NCBI GenBank assembly: GCA_048886685.1
Contig: JBHLKM010000001.1
Span: 320,001 to 384,000 of the forward strand
Length of the DNA stretch: 64,000 bases
Origin: Candidatus Hodarchaeota archaeon
GTDB lineage: Archaea > Asgardarchaeota > Lokiarchaeia > Sigyniarchaeales > SOKP01
Direction: 5' to 3'
The translations under genes and the position numbers were made by a program. Shown in pieces: positions 40,492-49,432 of the stretch (its first letter is position 1; each line of letters opens with the position of its first letter). Below the pieces are notes generated by a model. That model was not told the origin of the DNA, did no database searches, and worked only from the letters and a program-made list of their open reading frames with translations.

Positions 40492-40749
40492 ATGCTTAAT
40501 GGAGAAGAGTCCAAAGAAGATTTAAAAAACCTTTTAGGATACATGGGAATTGAAATATTATTTGCTATTGATAAAGGAGCAAAAAATTTTGAAACAATTA
40601 AATTATTTTCAGGATTACCAATTTCATGTGTTAAAGGAAGAATTCCTGTATTACTTGAATTAAATCTAATTAAGATAGTAAAGAAAGAGCATTTTTTGAC
40701 AGAGAAGGGACTCAAATTAAAAAATCAGTTAGAATTAGATTCAAATTAG
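40492..40749 (+). CDS. Small winged-helix protein
   Basis: EILFAI...FETIKLFSGLP..CVKGRIPVLLELNLI...FLTEKG pattern. Confidence 0.7.
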   Translation: MLNGEESKEDLKNLLGYMGIEILFAIDKGAKNFETIKLFSGLPISCVKGRIPVLLELNLIKIVKKEHFLTEKGLKLKNQLELDSN

Positions 40750-40781
40750 TTGAGTATTGGAATATAACTCTTAAATTTTAG

Positions 40782-40863
40782 GAGAAAAAATCAGATTGGG
40801 GCGACAAGAATCATCACTAAGAGCATTAGTTCTTATTGTCATAAGCTCATCATATTTCTTCTC
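40782..40863 (-). ncRNA. Box C/D guide sRNA (predicted target 23S rRNA G2251, E. coli numbering)
   Basis: Box C ATGATGA (40853-40847), C' GTGATGA (40817-40811), box D CTGA (40794-40791), 9-bp terminal stem GAGAAGAAA/TTTTTTCTC; D guide ...TGTCGCCCCAAT. Confidence 0.8.
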
Positions 40864-40916
40864 GTGTTATAATAGTTTTTATTCTTTAATTTTTTTACGA
40901 TTAAGAAATCTTCTAA

Positions 40917-41393
40917 TTAATTATCTTTATGATTTTGATTCAATGTTTCTCGCTTCAAATCTCTAAATTTGTTTTCATAATAACCAGGTCTCTTAAAACC
41001 TCCATGTTTATCAATAAATTCTTTTAAACCGCCTTCTTTTAGGATTTGATTTTTATAAGAAGTATATTCACTAACAGATATTTCTTTACGCTTTACTAAA
41101 TAATCTAAAATACCTAGTGCTTCTTCTGTTGTAGTACATCTTCTTATGAAGTCTATGGCTCCCGGGTTTATTAATTCTCTTGGATGGCGATTATTAGAAT
41201 TTAAATTACGTGGGTCAATATTGGTCTTGATTGAATTGATTTTAATTAATTTCTTTTTTTCAGTTATTTCTGTTATTAAATGGGGAAAATTTTTATTAAA
41301 TTCATTTTTGTCATATGTTATTGTTAAACCATTTTCTTCCTTAATAATTGGCTTTTTAGTTTCTTTTTTCTCATCGATTTTATTATTTTCCAT
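40917..41393 (-). CDS. DUF2095-like archaeal protein
   Basis: EFNKNFPHL..E, PGAIDFIRRCTTTEEALGILDYL.KRKEIS, PGYY. Confidence 0.78.
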   Translation of the reverse strand: MENNKIDEKKETKKPIIKEENGLTITYDKNEFNKNFPHLITEITEKKKLIKINSIKTNIDPRNLNSNNRHPRELINPGAIDFIRRCTTTEEALGILDYLVKRKEISVSEYTSYKNQILKEGGLKEFIDKHGGFKRPGYYENKFRDLKRETLNQNHKDN

Positions 41394-41599
41394 TAAGACA
41401 TTCCTTTATTCAAAAATTATTGAATAAGAAATAATTAAACAATATAATAAAATTATTGTTTAAAATGGAAAATGGAATTATTTATCATAAACTAGATTAA
41501 TGAGAATATGAATGCATATTATCAAAATTATTTGACCATAAAAGTAATAAAATATGCTTATTTTTAATTAATAACAATTTATAGATGTGTTAACTAAAT

Positions 41600-42184
41600 A
41601 TGAAGTCTGGATACCGGTACGTGAAAGAAACTTTTGAGAAGCACGAGAAAGGATATCAAACACCGTATTGGCAGCGTGGTATTGAATATAGAAAAGGGAA
41701 ATCTATTCAAAGGGTTGAAAAACCGACTAAAATTCACCGAGCAAGAGAATTGGGATATAAAGCTAAACAAGGATATATAGTTGTAAGAACTAAGATTCGA
41801 AAAGGAGGAATGCATAAAATCCGTCCAAAGCGAGGCAGAAAACCGAGGGCATTGGGTGTTTCTAAATACACAACAGGAAAGAATCTTCAATGGATTGCTG
41901 AAGAAAGAGTTCAAAGAAAGTATCCAAACTTGCAAATATTAAACTCATACAAAATTTATGCCGATGGTCAACACTGGTACTACGAAGTTATTTTAGTGGA
42001 TCCAAATCATCCTGTGATCAAATCTGATCCAAAAATTAATTGGATTTGTGAATCTCAACATAAAAAAAGGGTAACTCGGGGATTAACCTCCGCTGGAAAG
42101 AGAGCAAGGGGTTTACATAAAAAAGGATGGGGATCTGAAAAATCAAGGCCAAGTATTCGAGCTAATAAAGGACGGGGTAAATAG
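41600..42184 (+). CDS. rpl15e: 50S ribosomal protein L15e
   Basis: RARELGYKAKQG, IAEERV, LNSY, YEVILVDPNHP, RGLTSAGK. Confidence 0.98.
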   Translation: MKSGYRYVKETFEKHEKGYQTPYWQRGIEYRKGKSIQRVEKPTKIHRARELGYKAKQGYIVVRTKIRKGGMHKIRPKRGRKPRALGVSKYTTGKNLQWIAEERVQRKYPNLQILNSYKIYADGQHWYYEVILVDPNHPVIKSDPKINWICESQHKKRVTRGLTSAGKRARGLHKKGWGSEKSRPSIRANKGRGK

Positions 42185-42309
42185 CCTTATTCATCTTTAT
42201 ACTTTTAAATTAAGTTTGGCTATAATAGGTCAAATTTCTAAAGTAAAATTATTCTCTTGTCCATATTTGAAGAACTCTATCTTAGATTTAATAAGGGAAT
42301 AAAATAGAG

Positions 42310-42413
42310 CGGACCCGGCAGGATTCGAACCTGCGACATTCAGATTAGAAGTCTGACGCCCTATTTACTCGGCTATTATAAGGAAAAAAGCCACCAGGCT
42401 AGGCTACGAGTCC
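42310..42413 (-). tRNA. tRNA-Arg(TCT) with 29-nt D-loop intron (about 42365-42393)
   Basis: Acceptor GGACTCG/CGGGTCC; anticodon arm TCAGA-CTTCTAA-TCTGA; T arm GCAGG-TTCGAAT-CCTGC. Removing the intron gives D arm GCCT-AGCCTGGATA-GGGC. Confidence 0.93.
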
Positions 42414-42746
42414 TTTTTTAAATTATTAAGATTTAGAATCATATATTATCTTTAAGTTTTATTACACCGAATCCCCGTTAACTTAGAATTAAAAAGTGAT
42501 TGAAAAAGTAAGTTTAACCTAAAAATAAAGATATGGTGTTTAATCTCAAAATCTAAAACGTTTTTTAACATGGAACTTCACTCAATCCTTAAGCGCTATT
42601 ATGTCCGTTGAAAAAAGCTAAAATATATTTACTTAATTAATAAATTATTAATATATTTCTTTTAATAATTGTAATTCTTAAATTAAATTTAAGACCTATG
42701 ATGAATTTAATATCTTGAAGAAGTAAGTTAAAGGTGAATATCAACC

Positions 42747-43469
42747 TTGCTCAAGAAAAAGCTTTATATACATCAAAACATTCCATATGTTTTTAATTGG
42801 AATAAGGAGCACCATAAACAGAAATTTTCTCAAATAACAGCTAATCGGATTGAATTGAATAAACTTAAGGAATATTTTGGGTTAGTTTATAAAGGTATTA
42901 TACCAAATAACTTATTTAATTCTGGAATTTTTCCTAGAGTTTCACAATTTAAAATAAAAGGGATAAAAACTGTTTTTATTAGAAGCTTTAGTAAAAAATT
43001 AATTAGATCTGGAAAGATACAATATTATGATTCAAATTCTAAGTTATCTCAATATGTTCAAAGAGTTTTTGACAATTATAAAGTAAATAAAATTAATAGA
43101 ATCCCTGGTCACGAACCAGTTTTAAAGAACATTCTCATTAAAGACAAAGATTCAATAGCAATTGAAGTTCCCATTTGGAATAAAATAAAAGGTAGGGTGA
43201 TTACGGGACATATTGATTTACTCCAAGTTAAAAATGATTTAATAAAAGTAATTGATTACAAACCAGAAGGAAATTTTTTACTCTCATTACCTCAAGTAGC
43301 GATGTATGGACATTTATTGAAATCTAAATTAAACATTGAAAATATTAAATGTATTTCTTTCAATAAGGATGAGGCTTGGGAATATGATCCTAGTATTTTG
43401 GTGGCAGAAATAAAGGATTATTTGATTTTTCATCAAATAAATCAAAGACCATGGGAAAATTATTTATAA
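42747..43469 (+). CDS. PD-(D/E)xK nuclease-family protein (RecB/Cas4-like C-terminal motifs)
   Basis: IEVPIW, ITGHIDLL, VIDYKP, PQVAMY. Confidence 0.8.
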   Translation: MLKKKLYIHQNIPYVFNWNKEHHKQKFSQITANRIELNKLKEYFGLVYKGIIPNNLFNSGIFPRVSQFKIKGIKTVFIRSFSKKLIRSGKIQYYDSNSKLSQYVQRVFDNYKVNKINRIPGHEPVLKNILIKDKDSIAIEVPIWNKIKGRVITGHIDLLQVKNDLIKVIDYKPEGNFLLSLPQVAMYGHLLKSKLNIENIKCISFNKDEAWEYDPSILVAEIKDYLIFHQINQRPWENYL

Positions 43470-43480
43470 AAATATTTGAG

Positions 43481-43756
43481 TTAAAGATTTTTTTCTTTTG
43501 CTTTAGAAGCCTCGAGTTCTTCTTTAGATTTTAAATAACCTTTTAATAAGAGATAACATAAAAACAGAGCGATAAATTCCACAATTAAACTAAAAAATGT
43601 TATTGCTATCCCATTAAACTCTAAATATCTTAGAAAGATTGCAACCCAAAGACCAGAAGATGCTAAAATAAAAACTATAAAACCTCTTATGATATCCATA
43701 AAAGAATTTTTTATGTAACCTAACTCTTTCCTAATCCAAGTAAATATTGAAGACAT
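43481..43756 (-). CDS. Small membrane protein (2 TM)
   Basis: Two hydrophobic segments; ATG start. Confidence 0.7.
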   Translation of the reverse strand: MSSIFTWIRKELGYIKNSFMDIIRGFIVFILASSGLWVAIFLRYLEFNGIAITFFSLIVEFIALFLCYLLLKGYLKSKEELEASKAKEKNL

Positions 43757-43864
43757 AAGAAATAATACTTGTGTTCTGATAATTCTTTAAGTAAATTAAA
43801 TAAAGAATATTTTAATATCTTTCTTATTTTGAAATAAAATCTCTTTAAAGCAATTTCAGGATAT

Positions 43865-46060
43865 TTATTTCATTTTAAACTTAGAATATAATGCCTTATC
43901 TAATAAAATCCCAATTTTTTTAGCAATTTGTGTAGCAATTTCGTATCTTTCACCGTCAAGAAGATCTGGTCTATTCCCACTTACTCTTTTACTTAAAACA
44001 TCAGTACTTATATCACTTACAATTTTTTTAATTTTCTCGAAATCAGGTAATTTAATTTTTGGATCAAAGGTCTTGATTTTTTCAACTGCAAAATCAAAAA
44101 ATTGACTAATTAAATCAATTGGATCCCCTCTAAGTTCGCTATGTAGTTTAATATTTTCAGTAGCGGTTTTCGAATCTTTTTCTTGCCAATATAATTGATT
44201 CGGATTGATTCCAGGACTGTTGATCCTCATAAGAGAGCTAGTTATTCTCCTTTCAATCCAATTTAAAGTGTTTAATTCTTGCCGCTCGCGTAATTTCTTA
44301 GCTTCTACTTCCTTTTCTTTTTCCTTTGCTTCAATCTTTTGTTCTACTTCTGCTTTTCGTAATCGCTCAAATTTTTCTAATCTTTTTATTATATCAAAAC
44401 CAATACAGTAAGAGATTGGTGAAATTAAATCAGGCTTTAACTTTAAAGATGTTATATCTCTATATATCTCGCCATCATTATTTTTCAATTGGGAAATTCC
44501 CTCTTTTAAAGATATTTCAATTAATCGAGCTAAAATAAATCCATTAACCAAGAATGGCTGATTGGATGCATTTAAAACTATTACCAGCTCTTCTTGCCGC
44601 TTCTTTAATCTTTCTATTATTAATTCTTCTAATTTAATCTTTACCCATTCTTCTGAATCTGTAGTACTAACTATTTTTTTTATTGCTAATAGGTATAATG
44701 ATCTATCATTTGAAACTTTGGAATAGAGTTCAATGATTCTACTAAGTTGTCTTAAAATTTTTGATAAAATATAGAAGAATATATCTTTCACTATTTTATT
44801 GAGTATATCTTCAAATTCAAGGATAAATAAAATATGGGAATAATTTTTTAAATTCAATTCCTCTAAGAACACTTTATCAATAACTTGTTTCTTTTTGGAA
44901 TAACCTAGATTGATTTTTCTGTCATTTATTGACATAATATCAAGTTTTTTTATATTATATCTGATCATTTTTCTTTTAACTTCTTCAGATATTTTATTAT
45001 CCAAGTTTGAGAGATAGAGAATATTAAAAACTCCATATTTCTTCAATATATAAATTATTTCATCAAAACTGCACTCGTTTAAACACTGTAAATAATATAT
45101 AAAATCATTTGGATTTTTTTTCAGTTTTTCGATTAATTCAGATTTTAAAAAAAGAAGTAATTTTTCTTCAAATTGGTCATAATTGATTTTCTCATTAAGT
45201 GCTTCTTCAATCCTTTTGATTAAAGCTTTTTTGATATTATTTGCTTCTCTAAAGGCTTTTAATCCCGGGATAGAAATAGGAAAACATTCAAAATTAAAAT
45301 CCACAACTTTCCTTTTTATCATTCTAACCGGCATTGCCTCAATTTGTAATTCTTTATAAGATTTAAATTCAAAATCTTGGCGAATTATATTAATCATTCG
45401 ATCTAGTGTTGCTAATTCTATAAATTTATCCTCCTTTTCTTCTAGTTCTAGCTTTTTTTCTATATCTACGGAGATTTCTTTGAACGCAGAGCTGTCTTCT
45501 AGAATCTCCTTTTTAGTTTCATTTGTAAGGCCTATTAGATCACCAATTAAATCATAAAAATAAAATGGAGGATAATTAAGAATTATTTCCTGCAATTCTT
45601 TTTCAATTTGATTCTCAATCTCTTTTATCATCTTTTCTTTTTGTAATTCTTGGAGATCTGTTTTTCTGACCTCAATGAGAAATGAAAGAAATCTATTTTC
45701 AAGATCTATTATCTTATTAAGAAGGCTTATTTCTAAAGAAAAAGAATTTTTTAATAGAGTTCCAACTTCCTCAATTAATATACCCTTTTCAGATAATTCT
45801 AGCTTTCTCGTTGAATCAAATGTAAATTTATTTGAATCTATTATGTTTTGTACTTTAAGACCTAAATTATGATATATATGAACGGTTGCTGTTGCTATCA
45901 ATAAATCTTTAAAATTTGTATCTTGACTGGTTAGTTCAAAGATTTTAATCCTATCTGCTTCTCTTTTAAAATGAGAGATTATTAAATCAACTGTTTGAAA
46001 AAATCTGAATGTACTTTCTACTGCTGTAGTTTTTCTTTTTACCCCACTTATCATAGTCAT
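43865..46060 (-). CDS. Large helical hypothetical protein
   Basis: Long ORF. ATG 46060 forms an ATGA overlap with the upstream stop, so it is preferred over 46069. Confidence 0.85.
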   Translation of the reverse strand: MTMISGVKRKTTAVESTFRFFQTVDLIISHFKREADRIKIFELTSQDTNFKDLLIATATVHIYHNLGLKVQNIIDSNKFTFDSTRKLELSEKGILIEEVGTLLKNSFSLEISLLNKIIDLENRFLSFLIEVRKTDLQELQKEKMIKEIENQIEKELQEIILNYPPFYFYDLIGDLIGLTNETKKEILEDSSAFKEISVDIEKKLELEEKEDKFIELATLDRMINIIRQDFEFKSYKELQIEAMPVRMIKRKVVDFNFECFPISIPGLKAFREANNIKKALIKRIEEALNEKINYDQFEEKLLLFLKSELIEKLKKNPNDFIYYLQCLNECSFDEIIYILKKYGVFNILYLSNLDNKISEEVKRKMIRYNIKKLDIMSINDRKINLGYSKKKQVIDKVFLEELNLKNYSHILFILEFEDILNKIVKDIFFYILSKILRQLSRIIELYSKVSNDRSLYLLAIKKIVSTTDSEEWVKIKLEELIIERLKKRQEELVIVLNASNQPFLVNGFILARLIEISLKEGISQLKNNDGEIYRDITSLKLKPDLISPISYCIGFDIIKRLEKFERLRKAEVEQKIEAKEKEKEVEAKKLRERQELNTLNWIERRITSSLMRINSPGINPNQLYWQEKDSKTATENIKLHSELRGDPIDLISQFFDFAVEKIKTFDPKIKLPDFEKIKKIVSDISTDVLSKRVSGNRPDLLDGERYEIATQIAKKIGILLDKALYSKFKMK

Positions 46061-48357
46061 TTCATCCATTCTCTATAGACTTCTTTAAAATTATCTGACA
46101 ATTCAAATCTTACATTATTATGCCAAAACTTAAAATCTATAACATGAAAAAGATCTCCCTTAAATAATTCCTTTTCTTCATTTGTTAGATTATGTTTTAA
46201 AATCAATGTAAGAGGCCTTGGAACAAGCTTTGAAAAATATTTTAGATCCATATTTTTAATATAATTATAGAAAGTTACTTTATCATTAATTTTGAAGAAT
46301 TCAATAGGTATCAATTTCTCTTTTTGAAAACTTTTTAAAATAAGTTCATTTTTGACTTTATCTTTAACATATTTTGGAAATTCTTCATTAATTCCTATGC
46401 TTAATTCATATTGTTTATAAAACTCAAGAAGGTAGTTTTTTTCCTCAGGAGTAGCTACTTTTGCAACATAAGAATCTAAGAATTCTAAAAATTTCTCATG
46501 TTTCTGTTCATTTCGTTCTCGTTCTTCAAGATATTGTAAAAAGTCATGATAAATCTCAGTTAAAGCCCAATCTCTCTTATTTTCAATTTTTAAGAATTTC
46601 TTAGTATAATCGACGATCCACTGTAAAACATAAGACTTCCATTCTAAATTAATCCCTCCAATTCTCTTCTCTAGAAAACGATGAAATTTATTTGCAAAAC
46701 TAACAGGATCTGTTACATCATTACCTGTTTCATCTTTAATATAACGATTGATTGTCGAATGTCTTAAGATATAACTTAAAAGATAATTCAGTTCGTTTGA
46801 AAACCTTTTAAATTTATCTATATGTATTCTAATCACATTAATATCACCTTCCATCTGGACTTCAGCAAATGAAACTAAATCTTCAATTTTCAGATGGATG
46901 TTATCAAAGAATGATTCAACATTATTATTAACTAATCTATTAAACTGTTCTACTAGTTTTTGCTCATTAAAGTGAATATTTTTTCTTAAAGTTATTGCCT
47001 CGATTTCAATTTGATTTAAAAGGTCTTCTTGAAACTTTTCTATTAGTCTAATACCTAATATTTTTGCGGGTTTTTGTTCTTCATTAAATTGTTGTTTAAG
47101 TTTCTCGATTAATTCACTTGTTAATGTTATCAAGCGACGAAGGGAAAGATAATCCGGAAGAGATATTTTTATTAAATCTAAACTTTTCTTGTTAATTTCA
47201 GAGAAATAGTTAAAAACAGATCTTAATTCTGCAACTCTTATTTTTTCCTTTTGAATAACTGTCTGTTTGATAAATCCAATCGCAATATTACACATCTCTT
47301 CAAAATTTTTATCTTCTAATTTTCCTTTATTAACAATAAATTGTTTAAATTTCATTAAAATGTCAATTAAATCTCCCATTTCTCCAGAAGTGAGAAACAT
47401 GTTTGAATATTCTAAAAATTTATTTAAATACCCTTCTATAGTTAGTAAAATATTATTACATTTAGCAACTAACCATTCTCCTGTGTGAGGTTCCGTAAGA
47501 CTATCGATTTCTATTCTGATAAGATTAATCAAGTATTTAATTATTTCATCCTGAAATTCGTCTAAAGTACCAGTATTTGCTAAATTCATAAGACTTGTTC
47601 CAAGATTTAAGGTTTTATCGATAATAAAATTAGCACTAGGTTCAGATATTGAATATTTGAGATGTTCTATTGCTTGTTGCCCCTCGAAAGGTGTCTTAAT
47701 TTTTTCAAATTTGGAATCTAATAAATTTATCTCAAGTGGTCTTTTATTCCATAAAATATCAACATTAGATGTAATTTTTGCATATGGATTTAACATTTCT
47801 TTTTCCGTTGGGAGTGAGGTACTTAACCCGATTAATTTCTTATTCCATTTATCTTCAATTAGTTCTCCAAAAAGTTTTTTACTAAATCTCGAAGCAAATT
47901 TATCATAGAAATGTTGTCTATTAATATTCGTAAATTCTGGGCGATCTGCAAATTCTTCAACTTCATAAAATAATTTACTTATATTATTTATAGAGCTTCT
48001 TGATTTATGGACATCTAAATACCCTGTTTCTGGTTTTAAAGCTAGAAGCAAACTTTCGCATTCTTTAAACTTTCCTGGTATAAAAATCATCGATTTGGGA
48101 TAAATATTTGTTTTTGCGCTTTCTTCATCTAAATTATATAAATCAAATTCAATACTGAACACTTCTGCTCCAGTATAATCTCTCAATATGGCATTATACA
48201 TTGTTAAAAATTGAATTACCTCTCTTGAGAGTTCATTAACTTTATTTCTTGTTAATCTTCCAGGGCCAATTACATCCCCCGCTACAAAATCATTTGGAGA
48301 TGAATATCCAAATATTAAAGAAAATTGATAATTTATAGATTCTCGAGTAGTTATCAT
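46057..48357 (-). CDS. Large helical hypothetical protein (766 aa)
   Basis: Long ORF with no recognised motif. Confidence 0.85.
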   Translation of the reverse strand: MITTRESINYQFSLIFGYSSPNDFVAGDVIGPGRLTRNKVNELSREVIQFLTMYNAILRDYTGAEVFSIEFDLYNLDEESAKTNIYPKSMIFIPGKFKECESLLLALKPETGYLDVHKSRSSINNISKLFYEVEEFADRPEFTNINRQHFYDKFASRFSKKLFGELIEDKWNKKLIGLSTSLPTEKEMLNPYAKITSNVDILWNKRPLEINLLDSKFEKIKTPFEGQQAIEHLKYSISEPSANFIIDKTLNLGTSLMNLANTGTLDEFQDEIIKYLINLIRIEIDSLTEPHTGEWLVAKCNNILLTIEGYLNKFLEYSNMFLTSGEMGDLIDILMKFKQFIVNKGKLEDKNFEEMCNIAIGFIKQTVIQKEKIRVAELRSVFNYFSEINKKSLDLIKISLPDYLSLRRLITLTSELIEKLKQQFNEEQKPAKILGIRLIEKFQEDLLNQIEIEAITLRKNIHFNEQKLVEQFNRLVNNNVESFFDNIHLKIEDLVSFAEVQMEGDINVIRIHIDKFKRFSNELNYLLSYILRHSTINRYIKDETGNDVTDPVSFANKFHRFLEKRIGGINLEWKSYVLQWIVDYTKKFLKIENKRDWALTEIYHDFLQYLEERERNEQKHEKFLEFLDSYVAKVATPEEKNYLLEFYKQYELSIGINEEFPKYVKDKVKNELILKSFQKEKLIPIEFFKINDKVTFYNYIKNMDLKYFSKLVPRPLTLILKHNLTNEEKELFKGDLFHVIDFKFWHNNVRFELSDNFKEVYREWMK

Positions 48358-48648
48358 AATTTAATATCAATAGAGCTTAGTTGATAAATAAATAAAACTT
48401 CAGTATTAATTATTTTTGCACAATACTTCTTATATTTTTAAGAGTTGCCTTAAATATTTTTAAGTTTATATAATATTAAAATTTACTTTTGAGTAGATTG
48501 TTGTTATAAAACGTAGAATTCTTGAATGGATTGCGCTTTAGAATCTCTTTTCGCATTGAAATATAAAAATAAAAATATAATAAGTAAAATTATTATTATA
48601 AATATAACAATCAATATTAATTCCTTTAAGCAATAAAGGTGGAGACTC

Positions 48649-49053
48649 ATACAATTCGGATCTGATTTAGGAATAAACCAAGAAGATATCGAGAAAATTA
48701 GTCCTCAAATTACATTTATAACTTCTAATGCAGATATAGAAGCTATAGCGCTCGTAAGTTCTGAAGGTTATCAAATAGCATTTTCAGCGTTACCCCAATA
48801 TCATGTTGATGGTGATCAATTTTGTGGACTTGCTAGTGCCTTATTAATGACTGGGAGATCAACAATTCAAACTTTATTTCAAGAGGATTTAAGTGAGGTT
48901 ATTGTAAGAGCAGAAAATGGCTATATTGTAATTACCAATGCCGGACGTTTAGTGATTGTTTGTGCTGGAACGATAATAGATACGTTGATGAAAACTGTAA
49001 AAGTTATGCGAATCGCTGCTAAAAATTTATATAAAGTATTCGAAAATAGGTAA
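48649..49053 (+). CDS. Roadblock/LAMTOR-like protein (about 134 aa); probable ATA start
   Basis: The frame is open from TAA 48634-48636. The roadblock motif DIEAIALVSSEGYQIA...FCGLASALL lies upstream of the first ATG (48847); VIVRAENGYIVI lies downstream. Confidence 0.85.
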   Translation: MQFGSDLGINQEDIEKISPQITFITSNADIEAIALVSSEGYQIAFSALPQYHVDGDQFCGLASALLMTGRSTIQTLFQEDLSEVIVRAENGYIVITNAGRLVIVCAGTIIDTLMKTVKVMRIAAKNLYKVFENR

Positions 49054-49184
49054 AACTTTTGTATTACTTTTTCTAAATAATTTAAATGAAAATACGTTTG
49101 ACATTTCTATAAATCAGATTTTCATTAATAAATAATATCAAAAGAAAATAGTTAAGTTTTTAAACTATACAATAAAATAACCAC

Positions 49185-49355
49185 TATATTAAATTTTCTA
49201 TTCAATAATCAATCATGACACTTGCTAAAAACCTTGCTTGGTGTTGGCAGTGGCCTTGGCGTTGGCGATAACGCCTTTACATTGGATAAAATTTAATTAA
49301 AACAAACTTTTTTTCATACCTTAGTTTTTACTAAGATTAAAAAGTCCTTTTTAAT
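49185..49355 (+). promoter_or_regulatory. Putative trpB2 leader/attenuator region
   Basis: TATA-like TATATTAA 49185-49192; hairpin GGCGTTG-GCGA-TAACGCC 49258-49275; T7 tract 49308-49314; hairpin CTTAGT-TTTT-ACTAAG 49320-49335; inverted repeat ATTAAAAAG-tc-CTTTTTAAT 49336-49355. Confidence 0.65.
49215..49271 (+). CDS. Putative Trp-rich leader peptide MTLAKNLAWCWQWPWRWR
   Basis: ATG...TAA ORF of 18 codons with five TGG codons, directly upstream of trpB2. Confidence 0.85.
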   Translation: MTLAKNLAWCWQWPWRWR

Positions 49356-49432
49356 TTGCATTAAACTATTGAATTCCGATATTTTAATGACACACATTTA
49401 ATGTATGAAAATAATTATATGTGGTAAATAAA

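Noticed and set aside
42420-43469. Nuclease beside tRNA-Arg as an integrated element or Cas4
   Set aside because: It lies on the tRNA 5' side; no integrase, att duplication, Cas4 Cys cluster or CRISPR repeats.
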